Positions 20,668 through 33,031 of a DNA stretch of 64,000 nucleotides are shown piece after piece. Numbering within the stretch: position 1 is the stretch's first letter; every line of letters starts with the position of its first letter. Position numbers and translations under genes: made by a program. This DNA comes from Clostridium sp. GTDB taxonomy: Bacteria > Bacillota > Clostridia > Clostridiales > Clostridiaceae. The notes below the pieces were generated by a model that saw only the letters and a list, made by a program, of their open reading frames with translations, had not been told where the DNA came from and searched no databases. The stretch is from positions 21,494 through 85,493 of the forward strand of contig NZ_JARHZJ010000004.1 in assembly GCF_029258205.1 (NCBI RefSeq), in the 5' to 3' direction.

Positions 20668-22848
20668 TTATTTATTTACTCTATAAACATCTAATATTCC
20701 TTGTAGTATTCTTATTTTTTTCATTAAATCTTTTAATTGTTCTATATTATCAATTTTCACTTTAATATTTATATTAGCTACTCCATTTTTCCCTGATTTA
20801 GCATTTAAAGAAAGTAGACTAAGTTTAGAGTCAGTTATAACTAACATAATATCAGATAATAAACACATTCTATCTTCTGCTTTAACTTCAAGTTCAGCCA
20901 CATATGCAGCACCTTTTTCAGTTCCCCAAACAACATCTACAACCTTCTCTCTCTGTCTTTCCAATATAGCCTTAAAGTTAGAACAGTCCTTTCTATGTAC
21001 AGAAACTCCCCTTCCTTTAGTTATATACCCTGCTATATCATCTCCTGGTACAGGATTACAACATCTTGCAAATCTAACCATTATATTATTTAATCCCTTA
21101 ACAGTTACTCCATAGCTTTGTTTTTTCTTTGTTTGTCTTTCGGTTTTAGCTATTTGTTCTTCAATATTTTTATTTAATTCTTCTTCACTAACCTGTTTTA
21201 CAATATTCTCTTTAAGCTTAGATATTACAGTAGATGAAAGTAATTCTCCTTCTCCTACGGCAACATATATTTCTTCAACATTGTTTAAATGATATCTATT
21301 TAATAATTTTTCGTATAATGGCCCTTTACAAAGATCTGAAAATACTAAGGATTGCTTTTTACATTCCTTTTCAAGCATTTCCTTTCCTCTTTCTAAATTT
21401 TCTTCTCTTCTTGCTTTTCTAAGCCATTGCTTTATTTTGCTTCTAGCTTGATTACTATTAGCTATATTTAACCAATCTATATTAGGTCCTCTAGATGATG
21501 AAGATGTTAATATCTCTACTATTTCTCCAGTCTTAAGCTTATAATCTAAAGTCACTATCTTTCCGTTAACTTTAGCGCCTACACACTTATTTCCTATATC
21601 TGTATGAATCCTATATGCAAAGTCTATAGGAGTTGCTCCCGCTGGTAAATTTATAACTACACCCTTAGGGGTAAATACAAATATTTCATCTGAAAATAAG
21701 TCAAGTTTGAATCCTTCCATAAATTCAGTTGCATCAACAGCTTCCTTTTGCCACTCAAGTATATCTCTAAGCCATGTTAGCTTGTTTTCAAAAGTCATAT
21801 CTTTTGAATCAGTTCCAGTAACACCACTCTTATATTTCCAGTGAGCTGCTATTCCGTACTCGGCCGTTCTATGCATTTCAAAAGTTCTTATCTGAATTTC
21901 AAAAGTCTTTCCTTCACTTCCTATTACTGTTGTATGTAAAGATTGATACATATTAGGTTTTGGCATTGCTATGTAGTCTTTAAATCTACCTGGTATTGGT
22001 TTATAAATCGTGTGTACTATACCTAGTACTGCATAGCAATCTTTAACTGTATTAACTAAAATCCTTATTGCTGTTAAATCAAATATTTGTTCTATGCTCT
22101 TATTTTTATTTACCATTTTTCTATATATACTGTAGAAATGTTTTGGTCTTCCCTCTATGTCACTATCTATATTAGCTTTATCTAAATTCTCTTTTATCTC
22201 TTCAATTATACGAGAAATAAATTTTTCTCTCTCCACCCTTTTTTCAGCTATCATATTTACTAAATCATAATATTCTTCTGGGTGAATATATCTTAAACAT
22301 AAATCTTCTAATTCCCACTTTATTTTAGATATACCTAATCTATTAGCTAAAGGTGCAAATATATCTAAAGTTTCCTGAGCTTTTTTCTTCTGTTTTTCAG
22401 GCTTCATATATTTAAGGGTTCTCATATTATGAAGTCTATCTGCTAATTTTATTATTATAACTCTTATGTCTTTAGCCATTGCTAAAAGCATTTTTCTTAC
22501 ATTATCAGCTTGTTGTTCTTCTTTGCTTTTATATTTTATCTTACCAAGTTTAGTAACACCATCAACTAAGTTAGCTACTTCAACATTAAAAATATTACTT
22601 ATATCTTCATAAGTATAATCCGTGTCTTCTATGACATCATGAAGAAGTCCTGCAACTATAGTGTTTGTGTCCATGCCCATATCAGCTAATATCATAGCTA
22701 CGCTAATAGGATGAATTATGTATGGCTCTCCTGATTCTCTTTTTTGTTCTTTATGTGCTTCAAAAGCTAAATCATATGCTTTTTTAACTAAATCTATATC
22801 AACATTGTTCCCATTAGCTTTTATTTTAGAAATTAGTTCTTCTAACAT
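20668..22848 (-). CDS. relA: Bifunctional (p)ppGpp synthetase/hydrolase
   Basis: 726 aa: HD domain (HDVIEDT), RelA/SpoT synthetase domain, TGS and ACT-like C-terminus. Confidence 0.96.
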   Translation of the reverse strand: MLEELISKIKANGNNVDIDLVKKAYDLAFEAHKEQKRESGEPYIIHPISVAMILADMGMDTNTIVAGLLHDVIEDTDYTYEDISNIFNVEVANLVDGVTKLGKIKYKSKEEQQADNVRKMLLAMAKDIRVIIIKLADRLHNMRTLKYMKPEKQKKKAQETLDIFAPLANRLGISKIKWELEDLCLRYIHPEEYYDLVNMIAEKRVEREKFISRIIEEIKENLDKANIDSDIEGRPKHFYSIYRKMVNKNKSIEQIFDLTAIRILVNTVKDCYAVLGIVHTIYKPIPGRFKDYIAMPKPNMYQSLHTTVIGSEGKTFEIQIRTFEMHRTAEYGIAAHWKYKSGVTGTDSKDMTFENKLTWLRDILEWQKEAVDATEFMEGFKLDLFSDEIFVFTPKGVVINLPAGATPIDFAYRIHTDIGNKCVGAKVNGKIVTLDYKLKTGEIVEILTSSSSRGPNIDWLNIANSNQARSKIKQWLRKARREENLERGKEMLEKECKKQSLVFSDLCKGPLYEKLLNRYHLNNVEEIYVAVGEGELLSSTVISKLKENIVKQVSEEELNKNIEEQIAKTERQTKKKQSYGVTVKGLNNIMVRFARCCNPVPGDDIAGYITKGRGVSVHRKDCSNFKAILERQREKVVDVVWGTEKGAAYVAELEVKAEDRMCLLSDIMLVITDSKLSLLSLNAKSGKNGVANINIKVKIDNIEQLKDLMKKIRILQGILDVYRVNK

Positions 22849-22920
22849 ACCGGATTATTCTCCCCTACTTAAAATTTCTTTTAATATATTATATTATTAT
22901 ATAACAAAAAAATAAAATAA

Positions 22921-22960
22921 ACCAATAATAAAATTAATGGCTGGTCAATAAACCAGCCAT
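22921..22960 (-). terminator. Hairpin downstream of apt
   Basis: ATGGCTGGT (22937..22945) pairs with ACCAGCCAT (22952..22960). A U-rich tract follows on the minus strand. Confidence 0.55.
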
Positions 22961-22998
22961 CTTAAAATCTATTATAAATTTTACAAACCTAAAGAATT

Positions 22999-23517
22999 TT
23001 AAACATCATAATCAACTAATGATGTTACTTCGTATCCTTTTAATTTATCTCTTCCTTTTAAATCTGTTAACTCAATAGTAAATGCTAACCCAGCAACTTC
23101 TCCACCAGCTTGTTCTACTAATTTAGCAACAGCAGCTATTGTACCACCAGTAGCTAAAAGATCGTCAACTATAGCAACTCTCATACCTGGTTTTATAGCA
23201 TCTTTATGTATTTCTAAAGCATCTTTCCCATACTCTAAATCGTATTCTACTTTAACTGTATCTCCTGGAAGTTTACCTGGCTTTCTTACTGGAATGAATC
23301 CAACACCTAAAGCATATGCTACAGGAACTCCAAATATAAATCCTCTAGCTTCTGGTCCAACTACAACGTCAATATTCTTGTCTTTGAAGAATTCTGCCAT
23401 TTTGTCAACTGACTCTCTTAATCCTTCTCCATCTGCTATTAAAGTAGTTATATCTTTAAAACTTATTCCCTTTTTAGGAAAATCTTCTATAACTCTTATT
23501 TTATCCTTTAAACTCAT
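22999..23517 (-). CDS. apt: Adenine phosphoribosyltransferase
   Basis: 172 aa with the PRPP loop [13 protein letters not shown]. Confidence 0.96.
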   Translation of the reverse strand: MSLKDKIRVIEDFPKKGISFKDITTLIADGEGLRESVDKMAEFFKDKNIDVVVGPEARGFIFGVPVAYALGVGFIPVRKPGKLPGDTVKVEYDLEYGKDALEIHKDAIKPGMRVAIVDDLLATGGTIAAVAKLVEQAGGEVAGLAFTIELTDLKGRDKLKGYEVTSLVDYDV

Positions 23518-23560
23518 TACTTTGCCTCCAAAATCAATAAATATATATAAATTTTAATTA

Positions 23561-24415
23561 CTACCTTATTTTTTCATTATAAATATATTTAGTTATTTGC
23601 TCCGCTCTGTCCTTATCATTTGTAGTTAATAACTCCACAATTATCTTTGCGTTATCTTTTTTGCTAATAGCACCTTCTCTTGGAGTTATCTCATTAACTA
23701 TTTTATTAATACTATCTATATTTATATCACTAATATTAAAGAAACTCTTAATGGCATTCAATCCTATACTATTAGTATATCTTAAATATTGAATGCCTTC
23801 TTTTAATATTATTCCATTTTCTCCTTTGTTTTTAACATTCTTTGAAACACTACCTATAAGTATTAAATCTAGATACTTATTTATTCTTTTCATGTTATAA
23901 TATATAGCAATAGCTTGCATTAACTTAAAAGTTAACCCTGAATTAGTCAAATCCTTATATCTATATGAACACTTTTCTTCATTTGGGTTTATATATGTTG
24001 AATTATATATACATTTTGTACGCTTATTTTCCATTATTATCAAATCTATATTAAATATATTACAAAGATTCTCTACCTCTTTATTTTTTAGTCCACAACC
24101 TACTGTTATTAAAAGTTCTGCACCTAAAAAAGCTATATCTTCTCTTAAAGTATATTCATCTATATCATAGTCATTATCTTCATAATCTGAACTTACACAA
24201 TATTCAACATCAGCATTTAAATACTTTAATATAAGCATTAAAGATGATATTGCGCATATAGAATCTAAATCACACCCACCATATATAACTATCTTTTCTC
24301 TATTGTTAATTGCAGATGCTAGTCTTTCTATTGCTTTATTCATATTTTTAATGTTAAAAGGGCTATACCCAGATATGTAATTAGTGCAATATATGTTTTT
24401 CCAAGCCTTCTGCAT
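23561..24415 (-). CDS. Short RecJ-like DHH-fold protein with substituted catalytic motifs
   Basis: 284 aa in the position recJ occupies in the secDF-recJ-apt-relA-dtd arrangement. The DHH-domain layout is recognisable, but the motifs read GGCDLD, TVGCG and IIMENK. Confidence 0.6.
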   Translation of the reverse strand: MQKAWKNIYCTNYISGYSPFNIKNMNKAIERLASAINNREKIVIYGGCDLDSICAISSLMLILKYLNADVEYCVSSDYEDNDYDIDEYTLREDIAFLGAELLITVGCGLKNKEVENLCNIFNIDLIIMENKRTKCIYNSTYINPNEEKCSYRYKDLTNSGLTFKLMQAIAIYYNMKRINKYLDLILIGSVSKNVKNKGENGIILKEGIQYLRYTNSIGLNAIKSFFNISDINIDSINKIVNEITPREGAISKKDNAKIIVELLTTNDKDRAEQITKYIYNEKIR

Positions 24416-24565
24416 AATTTAACTCCTCCATAAAATTAAGAAAACAAGTATATTATAATTTAAATTTATCTTTTTGACAAATACTTTTCAAATAAATACG
24501 TATTCATTAGTCATTTTTATTACTTTTTACCTATTTTTCTTCAAAAACAATAAAAATTCTAATCA

Positions 24566-24609
24566 AAATAAAAAAATGCTAAAAGTTTTATAACTTTTAG
24601 CATTTTTTA
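24566..24609 (-). terminator. Rho-independent (bidirectional) terminator after secF
   Basis: ATGCTAAAAGTT (24576..24587) pairs with AACTTTTAGCAT (24592..24603), flanked by A6 and T6. Confidence 0.8.
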
Positions 24610-24612
24610 CTA

Positions 24613-25494
24613 TTATTTATTTATTGACTTTATTTGTTGTCTTTTGCTTTTTTGTCTATTAGTTATCATACACCAAATTGGACTTGCTATAAATATTGAA
24701 GAACAAGCTCCTGATGCTATACCAACTATTAATGGGAAAGCAAAATCTCTAACTGTAGGAACAAAGATATAAACACAAACTATAGTGATTAAAGTTGTAA
24801 GTGTTGTGTTTATAGATCTTGACATTGTTTGAGTTATACTTATGTCTGCAATCTCCTCCACAGATTTTCCTCTAAGTTTTTTTTCATTTTCTCTTATTCT
24901 ATCAAATATAACTATTGTATCATTTATAGAATAACCTACTATTGTAAGTATAGCTGCTATAAATGGAGTATTTATTGTTATACCAAATATAGCATAAACA
25001 CTTAACGTTATTAATACATCATGCAAAAGAGCTACTATAGCTGCTACACCAAAGGAAAATTTAAATCTTATAATTACATATATAAGCATTCCTATTATAG
25101 CTATTACAAGAGCCACTATTGCATTTATTGTTAAATCTTTTCCAACAGAAGCTCCAATCTCATTTTGTGATACTAAGGCATCATCTTTTAAATCATATTT
25201 TTCTTTAAGAGCGTTAAAGATATCGCTAACTTGAGTACTATTTAACTCTTTTGCTTTTATTTGAAGTTCAGTACCATTAACTTGATTTGTAACTGCATCT
25301 TTTGAATATTCATCTACAATTTTATCAACATCAGTTTTATTAAATTCTGTTCCCATGTTTATTACAACTTGAGTACCACCTTTAAAGTCTATTCCAAAAT
25401 TCATACCTTTAGTAAACATAAATCCAAAACCTATAGCAATTATAAGAATTGATATAGTAAACCATATTTTTTTCTTCTCTACAATTTTAAGCAT
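24613..25494 (-). CDS. secF: Protein translocase subunit SecF
   Basis: 293 aa, six-TM RND-like SecF pattern. Overlaps secD by 8 nt. Confidence 0.95.
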   Translation of the reverse strand: MLKIVEKKKIWFTISILIIAIGFGFMFTKGMNFGIDFKGGTQVVINMGTEFNKTDVDKIVDEYSKDAVTNQVNGTELQIKAKELNSTQVSDIFNALKEKYDLKDDALVSQNEIGASVGKDLTINAIVALVIAIIGMLIYVIIRFKFSFGVAAIVALLHDVLITLSVYAIFGITINTPFIAAILTIVGYSINDTIVIFDRIRENEKKLRGKSVEEIADISITQTMSRSINTTLTTLITIVCVYIFVPTVRDFAFPLIVGIASGACSSIFIASPIWCMITNRQKSKRQQIKSINK

Positions 25495-26746
25495 TATGTC
25501 TACCTCCTTTTATACGACCAAACATTGAAGGTTTATTTAATATTCCCATGTTGAATCCTAAATTCATGAAGAATCTTGTCATTATTATAGCGGTAAACAT
25601 ACTTATTATAATACCTATTAATAATGTTAAGGCAAACCCTTTAACTGGTCCTGATCCAAAGAAGTATAATACTAAACCAGCAATAAAAGTTGTTATATTA
25701 GAATCCATTATTGATCTTAAAGCATTACTAAAACCAATTTTAATAGCTGATTTTATACTTCTACCATTTCTAAGTTCTTCTTTGATTCTTTCAAATATAA
25801 GTACATTAGCATCTACTGCCATTCCTATTGTTAATAAGAATGCTGCTATACCTGGTAAAGTAAGAGTTACTCCTACTAATGAAAATACATAAAGTACTGC
25901 TAATATATAAACACTTAATGACATACATGCAATGAATCCTGGAACTCTATAGTAGATTAACATAAATAGGAATATTATAGCTACACCTATTGCTCCTGCT
26001 TTCATTGCATTTGGAAGAGCATTTGCACCTAATTGAGCACCTACAGTCTCAACTGAAACTGCTTTAACTGGAACTGGTAATGCACCAGCATTTATTATTC
26101 CAGATACCTTTTCAGCTTCTTCCATTGATCTGTTTCCTGAAATAATAGCTTCACCATTAGAAATTATGTCATTTACTACTGGATCTGTTAATGTTTCATT
26201 ATCCATTTTTATAGCTATTTTTTGGCCTTTATATTTTTTTGTTGCTTCAGCAAACTTTTTCTTACCCTCTTCGTTAAGCTCTAATTTTATAACTGGCTTA
26301 CCTGTTTGAGGGTCTATATATACACTTGATTTTTCAACATCTTTTCCTGTTAAAATAACATCATTCTCAGGACCTACAAATGTTAACTCTCCTGTTTGTT
26401 GAAGAGAATCTACTATAGTTTTTGAATCGTATTTTCCTGGAATATCAATTCTTATTCTATTTTTCCCCTCTGTTGTTACTACAGTTTCTGAAACCCCAAC
26501 CTTGTTAACCCTTAAAGATAAAAGTTCCTTGGTTGTGTTTAATTGATCTACTGTTACATCATTACTTTGGATTTCCATAAGAACAGAAACTCCACCCTGT
26601 AAATCCAATCCTTTAGTTATAACCTCATTAAACGTTTTAAATTGATAGTCCCCTAAGGTAAATCCTTTGAACCCTGCTAGAGCTAAAAAACTTATCACTA
26701 CTATGGAGATAAAAAATAATATGAAGCTACCTAATTTTGATTTCAT
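25487..26746 (-). CDS. secD: Protein translocase subunit SecD
   Basis: 419 aa with a periplasmic-type loop and C-terminal TM bundle (LTLPGIAAFLLTIGMAVDANVLIFERIKEE). Confidence 0.95.
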   Translation of the reverse strand: MKSKLGSFILFFISIVVISFLALAGFKGFTLGDYQFKTFNEVITKGLDLQGGVSVLMEIQSNDVTVDQLNTTKELLSLRVNKVGVSETVVTTEGKNRIRIDIPGKYDSKTIVDSLQQTGELTFVGPENDVILTGKDVEKSSVYIDPQTGKPVIKLELNEEGKKKFAEATKKYKGQKIAIKMDNETLTDPVVNDIISNGEAIISGNRSMEEAEKVSGIINAGALPVPVKAVSVETVGAQLGANALPNAMKAGAIGVAIIFLFMLIYYRVPGFIACMSLSVYILAVLYVFSLVGVTLTLPGIAAFLLTIGMAVDANVLIFERIKEELRNGRSIKSAIKIGFSNALRSIMDSNITTFIAGLVLYFFGSGPVKGFALTLLIGIIISMFTAIIMTRFFMNLGFNMGILNKPSMFGRIKGGRHNA

Positions 26747-26844
26747 GGTTATCCCCCTCTGTAAAAATTTCTCTGATAAACTAAATTATATTAATATGTT
26801 GCCATATAGTCAATATATGGCAACATATTATCAATATTATATTT

Positions 26845-28218
26845 TTATTCATCATTCATAGTCTTTGACTTTAATGCAATAGCACACTCAATTCTTTTCT
26901 TTTGCATTTCACATCCAATTTCATAAGGAACGTGAATATCGCCATTAAAGTTAAAGTTATTTGCTTGACATCCACCACTACAGTAGAATCTTGCCCAACA
27001 TTCTTTACATTTTGGTTTATTATATATGTGGGCTTGTTTAAATTCTGTTGAAAGATCTTTTCTGATTTCTCCATCATAGATATTTCCTAGTAAGAAATCA
27101 GTATTTCCAACGAATTGGTGACATGGATATATTTCTCCATCTGGAGTTACAGCAATATATTCATGACCTGCTCCACATCCTGCTATTCTCTTGTAAACAC
27201 AAGGACCACCATTTAAATCAATGTTAAAGTGATAGAATTTGAATATGTTATCTCCCTCTTCTAATCTTCTCACCATTTCATTGTATAATTTATCATACTC
27301 TCCAAAAATAGTTGGTAAATCTTCTCTTCTTAAAGATAATTCATGTTCATCTGGAAGCACAACTGGCTCTATTGAAATCTCAGTAAATCCTTCATTAGCA
27401 AGAGCCATTACATCTTGGAAGAAGTCAGTATTATTTCTTGTAAATGTTCCTCTAGCATAATATTTTTTACTTGGATCTCTCTTTTCAACCATTTTTTTAA
27501 TGTTTGGAAGTATTCTATCATAACTTCCTGAACCATCAACTCTTATTCTAACAGCATCGTTAACTTCTTTTCTTCCATCTATTGAAAGAATTATATTCCC
27601 AATGTTTTTATCTATATAATCAATTCTTTCATCATTTAAAAGAGTTGCATTAGTAGTCATAGTAAATCTTACATTTTTGCCTACTTCCTCTCCTCTTTTT
27701 TTACCATAATCTATTATTTCTTTTATTGTATCAAATACCATTAGTGGTTCCCCACCAAATAAATCAACTTCTATATTCTTTATTCCACCTGAATTTGCTA
27801 ATACAAAATCAATAGCTTTTTTACCAACTTCAACACTCATTGGTTTTCTACATCCTTTGTACTCTCCCTCATCAGCGAAACAATATTTACATCTTAAATT
27901 ACAGTCATGTACAACATTTAAGCATAGTGCTTTTATGTGTGAAGGTGCCTTATCACTTTCTTTAGCAACCTCTTCATATAAATCTCCTGAGTATAAAGCG
28001 TCCTCTTCTACTAATTGAAGTAAATCTTCGTAAGCCTCTTCGATTTCCTCAATTGGATATTTATCTTCTAACTTTTCAATTAAAGATTCCTTACTACTTA
28101 ATTTGTTATCATTGTCTATCATATTGTAAATAAGATCATCAACAATATGAACACTTCCTGAGTTTACATCTACTACGTAATACTCTCCACCTTGCATAAA
28201 TTTATGAATTAATGCCAC
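26845..28218 (-). CDS. scfB: Radical SAM/SPASM peptide maturase (SCIFF-associated thioether cross-link maturase)
   Basis: CNLRCKYCF (CxxxCxxC) and a Cys-rich SPASM C-terminus (CKECWARFYCSGGC). GTG start follows GGAGG. Sits immediately downstream of the SCIFF precursor ORF. Confidence 0.88.
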   Translation of the reverse strand: MALIHKFMQGGEYYVVDVNSGSVHIVDDLIYNMIDNDNKLSSKESLIEKLEDKYPIEEIEEAYEDLLQLVEEDALYSGDLYEEVAKESDKAPSHIKALCLNVVHDCNLRCKYCFADEGEYKGCRKPMSVEVGKKAIDFVLANSGGIKNIEVDLFGGEPLMVFDTIKEIIDYGKKRGEEVGKNVRFTMTTNATLLNDERIDYIDKNIGNIILSIDGRKEVNDAVRIRVDGSGSYDRILPNIKKMVEKRDPSKKYYARGTFTRNNTDFFQDVMALANEGFTEISIEPVVLPDEHELSLRREDLPTIFGEYDKLYNEMVRRLEEGDNIFKFYHFNIDLNGGPCVYKRIAGCGAGHEYIAVTPDGEIYPCHQFVGNTDFLLGNIYDGEIRKDLSTEFKQAHIYNKPKCKECWARFYCSGGCQANNFNFNGDIHVPYEIGCEMQKKRIECAIALKSKTMNDE

Positions 28219-28243
28219 AATATTTCCTCCTAACTAAGAACTA

Positions 28244-28270
28244 TGGCAGTAACTTTAAAAGTTACTGCCA
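28244..28270 (-). promoter_or_regulatory. Intercistronic hairpin between precursor and maturase genes
   Basis: TGGCAGTAAC pairs with GTTACTGCCA (10 bp) around a 7-nt loop. Only a weak U tract follows on the minus strand. Confidence 0.55.
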
Positions 28271-28287
28271 CTTAAGAATTTTTATAA

Positions 28288-28428
28288 TTAATTTTCACAA
28301 GCTAAGTTTGCTACTGTAGCTGATGTTTTACAAGCTGATTGGCATGAGTTAGCACACTCTCTGCAATCTGCTGGTTTACATAAGCTCTTTTTTAAGCTTG
28401 ACTTGTTTACTGTTTTTATACGCTTCAT
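28288..28428 (-). CDS. scfA: SCIFF-type (six cysteines in forty-five residues) RiPP precursor peptide
   Basis: My own translation of the minus strand gives MKRIKTVNKSSLKKSLCKPADCRECANSCQSACKTSATVANLACEN (46 aa, 6 Cys). GGAGGAAGAG lies upstream of the ATG at 28428. Too short for the supplied ORF track. Confidence 0.88.
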   Translation of the reverse strand: MKRIKTVNKSSLKKSLCKPADCRECANSCQSACKTSATVANLACEN

Positions 28429-28561
28429 TTACTCTTCCTCCAATCAAAACTATCTTTAATATTATACCATGCTAAGGTTTAATTTTAAAGTTCTTTTTAA
28501 AAAGCTAATTTGATTTACCATACTTATTCTTTCACATTATAATATAAAATTCAATACCTAA

Positions 28562-28609
28562 AATGAAAAAATAGTTATTTTAATGTATAAAATACATTAA
28601 AATAACTAT
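28562..28609 (-). terminator. Rho-independent terminator after yajC
   Basis: 17-bp stem ATAGTTATTTTAATGTA (28571..28587) pairs with TACATTAAAATAACTAT (28593..28609). A U-run follows on the minus strand. Confidence 0.75.
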
Positions 28610-28623
28610 TTCTTTAAATTATA

Positions 28624-28902
28624 CTAATCAATCTTTGAACTTATGCCTTGTTTTGAAAACTCGATTTTTGTTCTATCTTGAGTAGTTTCTATTATAACGC
28701 TATCATCTTTTAATTTTACTATTCTACCTATGATACCGCCTCTAGTTATGATCTTATCATTTACTTTTAGCTCATTTAACATAGCATCATATTTTTTCTT
28801 TCTTTTCTTTTCTGGTAGAATAACTATGAAGTAAAATACACCAAACATTAAAATAAACGGTAATACCATTGTTGCTATTTGTTGAAAATTCATATCGGCC
28901 AC
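28624..28902 (-). CDS. yajC: Preprotein translocase subunit YajC
   Basis: 92 aa: a single N-terminal TM helix, then KVNDKIITRGGIIGRIV. Confidence 0.92.
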   Translation of the reverse strand: MADMNFQQIATMVLPFILMFGVFYFIVILPEKKRKKKYDAMLNELKVNDKIITRGGIIGRIVKLKDDSVIIETTQDRTKIEFSKQGISSKID

Positions 28903-28932
28903 TCCCTTCTTAATTGTTTAAAATTTATATTA

Positions 28933-31124
<2,192 letters not shown>

Positions 31125-31145
31125 TTTAATTACACCTTCTCTATT

Positions 31146-32186
31146 TTATTTTTCAAATAATGTAAATTGTTTAGAATCTATTTTAGCTTCATTAAATCTA
31201 ACTCTTCCTAAATGTTTATATGCTTTATCTGTTGCCATTCTTCCTCTTGGAGTTCTAACTATAAACCCTTTTTGTAGAAGATATGGCTCATAAACATCTT
31301 CTATAGTATCTAACTCTTCTCCAACGAAGTACGCTAAGGTTTCTATACCTACTGGTCCTCCATTAAAATTATCTATTATGGCTTCTAAAATTCTATTATC
31401 AATCCTATCAAACCCTTCACCATCAACTTCTAAGATCTCTAAGGATTTTTTTGCAGCTTCTTCTGTAATTTCATTATTATATAAAACTTCTGCAAAATCT
31501 CTTACTCTTTTTAAAAGTCTATTTGCTATTCTAGGAGTCCCCCTTGATCTTTTAGCAATTTCAAATGCTCCTTCTTCAGTTATATGGCACCCTAAAATTT
31601 CAGCACTTCTAATTATTATTTCCTTTAATTGCTCATCAGTATAATATTCCATAGAACATAAAACCCCAAATCTATCTCTTAAAGGTGAACTAAGCATACC
31701 AATTCTAGTTGTAGCACCTATTAGAGTAAATTTAGGTAAATCTAATCTTATAGATTTACTAGCAGCCCCTTTACCAATAATTATGTCTAAAACATAATCC
31801 TCCATTGCAGGATATAGTATTTCTTCTACACTTCTATTTAATCTATGTATCTCATCAATAAATAAAACATCATTAGTATTTAAGGTTGTTAATATTGCTG
31901 CTAAGTCTCCTGCTCTTTCAATAGCAGGCCCTGATGTTATTTTAAGATTTCCACCCATTTCATTGGCTATTATATTAGCTAATGTTGTCTTTCCAAGACC
32001 TGGTGGTCCATATAAAATTACATGGTCTAAGGCTTCCTCTCTTCTTTGAGCTGCTTTTATGAATATATTTAGTCTTTCTTTAACTTTATCTTGACCTATA
32101 TATTCATTTATTTTCTCTGGTCTCAAACTGTATTCATTAGTTGAATCTATTCCAATCTCATTAGAGGTAACTAATCTTTCACTCAT
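31146..32186 (-). CDS. ruvB: Holliday junction branch migration helicase RuvB
   Basis: Walker [10 protein letters not shown], Walker B LFIDEIH, AAA+ sensor residues. Confidence 0.97.
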   Translation of the reverse strand: MSERLVTSNEIGIDSTNEYSLRPEKINEYIGQDKVKERLNIFIKAAQRREEALDHVILYGPPGLGKTTLANIIANEMGGNLKITSGPAIERAGDLAAILTTLNTNDVLFIDEIHRLNRSVEEILYPAMEDYVLDIIIGKGAASKSIRLDLPKFTLIGATTRIGMLSSPLRDRFGVLCSMEYYTDEQLKEIIIRSAEILGCHITEEGAFEIAKRSRGTPRIANRLLKRVRDFAEVLYNNEITEEAAKKSLEILEVDGEGFDRIDNRILEAIIDNFNGGPVGIETLAYFVGEELDTIEDVYEPYLLQKGFIVRTPRGRMATDKAYKHLGRVRFNEAKIDSKQFTLFEK

Positions 32187-32199
32187 TTAATTACACCTC

Positions 32200-32805
32200 C
32201 TAACGCATTAAAAGCTTTAAAGACTCCTTTATCATATTTTCTATAGATAATGTCTTATCAACTTTTTCTAAAGCCTTTTTAGCTTCTTTCTCTGTATATC
32301 CTAATGCTATTAATGCACTTAATGTTTCATTTATATTGAAACTATAATCAGAATTATCATTAATACCTTCTATTAATTCTTCCTCTTTAGAAGTAAGTTC
32401 ATCAGGCTTTAACTTATCCTTAAGCTCTAGAATAATTCTTTGAGCCGTTTTCTTTCCTATTCCAGGTGCCCTTGTTATGTGCTTTTCATCTCCCATCATT
32501 ATTGCATACTTTAAATTATTAACAGTACTAATTGATAGGAGTGATAAAGCAGCTTTTGCTCCTACCCCATTTATGGATAATAAAAGCTTAAACATTTTTA
32601 ATTCTTCTCTTGTTGTAAATCCATATAGACCTATAAAATCTTCCCTAACAATCTGCTCTAGATATAGAAGAACCTCATCGCCTACTTTTGGCATATTAGA
32701 CATTGTATTTCCAGATGTAAAAATTTTATATCCTATATTATTTAATTCTATTACAACATAATCCTTACTTATCCCTTGAAATTGACCTCTTATATATTCG
32801 TACAT
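32200..32805 (-). CDS. ruvA: Holliday junction DNA-binding protein RuvA
   Basis: Start set to ATG 32805 (MYEYIRGQF). HhH motifs (INGVGAKAA, APGIGKKTAQRI). Confidence 0.94.
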   Translation of the reverse strand: MYEYIRGQFQGISKDYVVIELNNIGYKIFTSGNTMSNMPKVGDEVLLYLEQIVREDFIGLYGFTTREELKMFKLLLSINGVGAKAALSLLSISTVNNLKYAIMMGDEKHITRAPGIGKKTAQRIILELKDKLKPDELTSKEEELIEGINDNSDYSFNINETLSALIALGYTEKEAKKALEKVDKTLSIENMIKESLKLLMR

Positions 32806-33031
32806 ATTTAATACTCCTATGTATAATAAGTTCTTTAAATCTATATAATACTTTAACATGAAGAGAAAATATTATCAATGAATTACACGAAATTTACTAT
32901 CCATTTAAAACACTCTAAACTCTCTATTTTCCTAGGTCATATTTTAATTTAAATAATAAAAAAAGCTATATCCTAATAAGACATAGCTATAAATTATATA
33001 TTTTTTCAAATAATAAGTTTACTAATATTTT

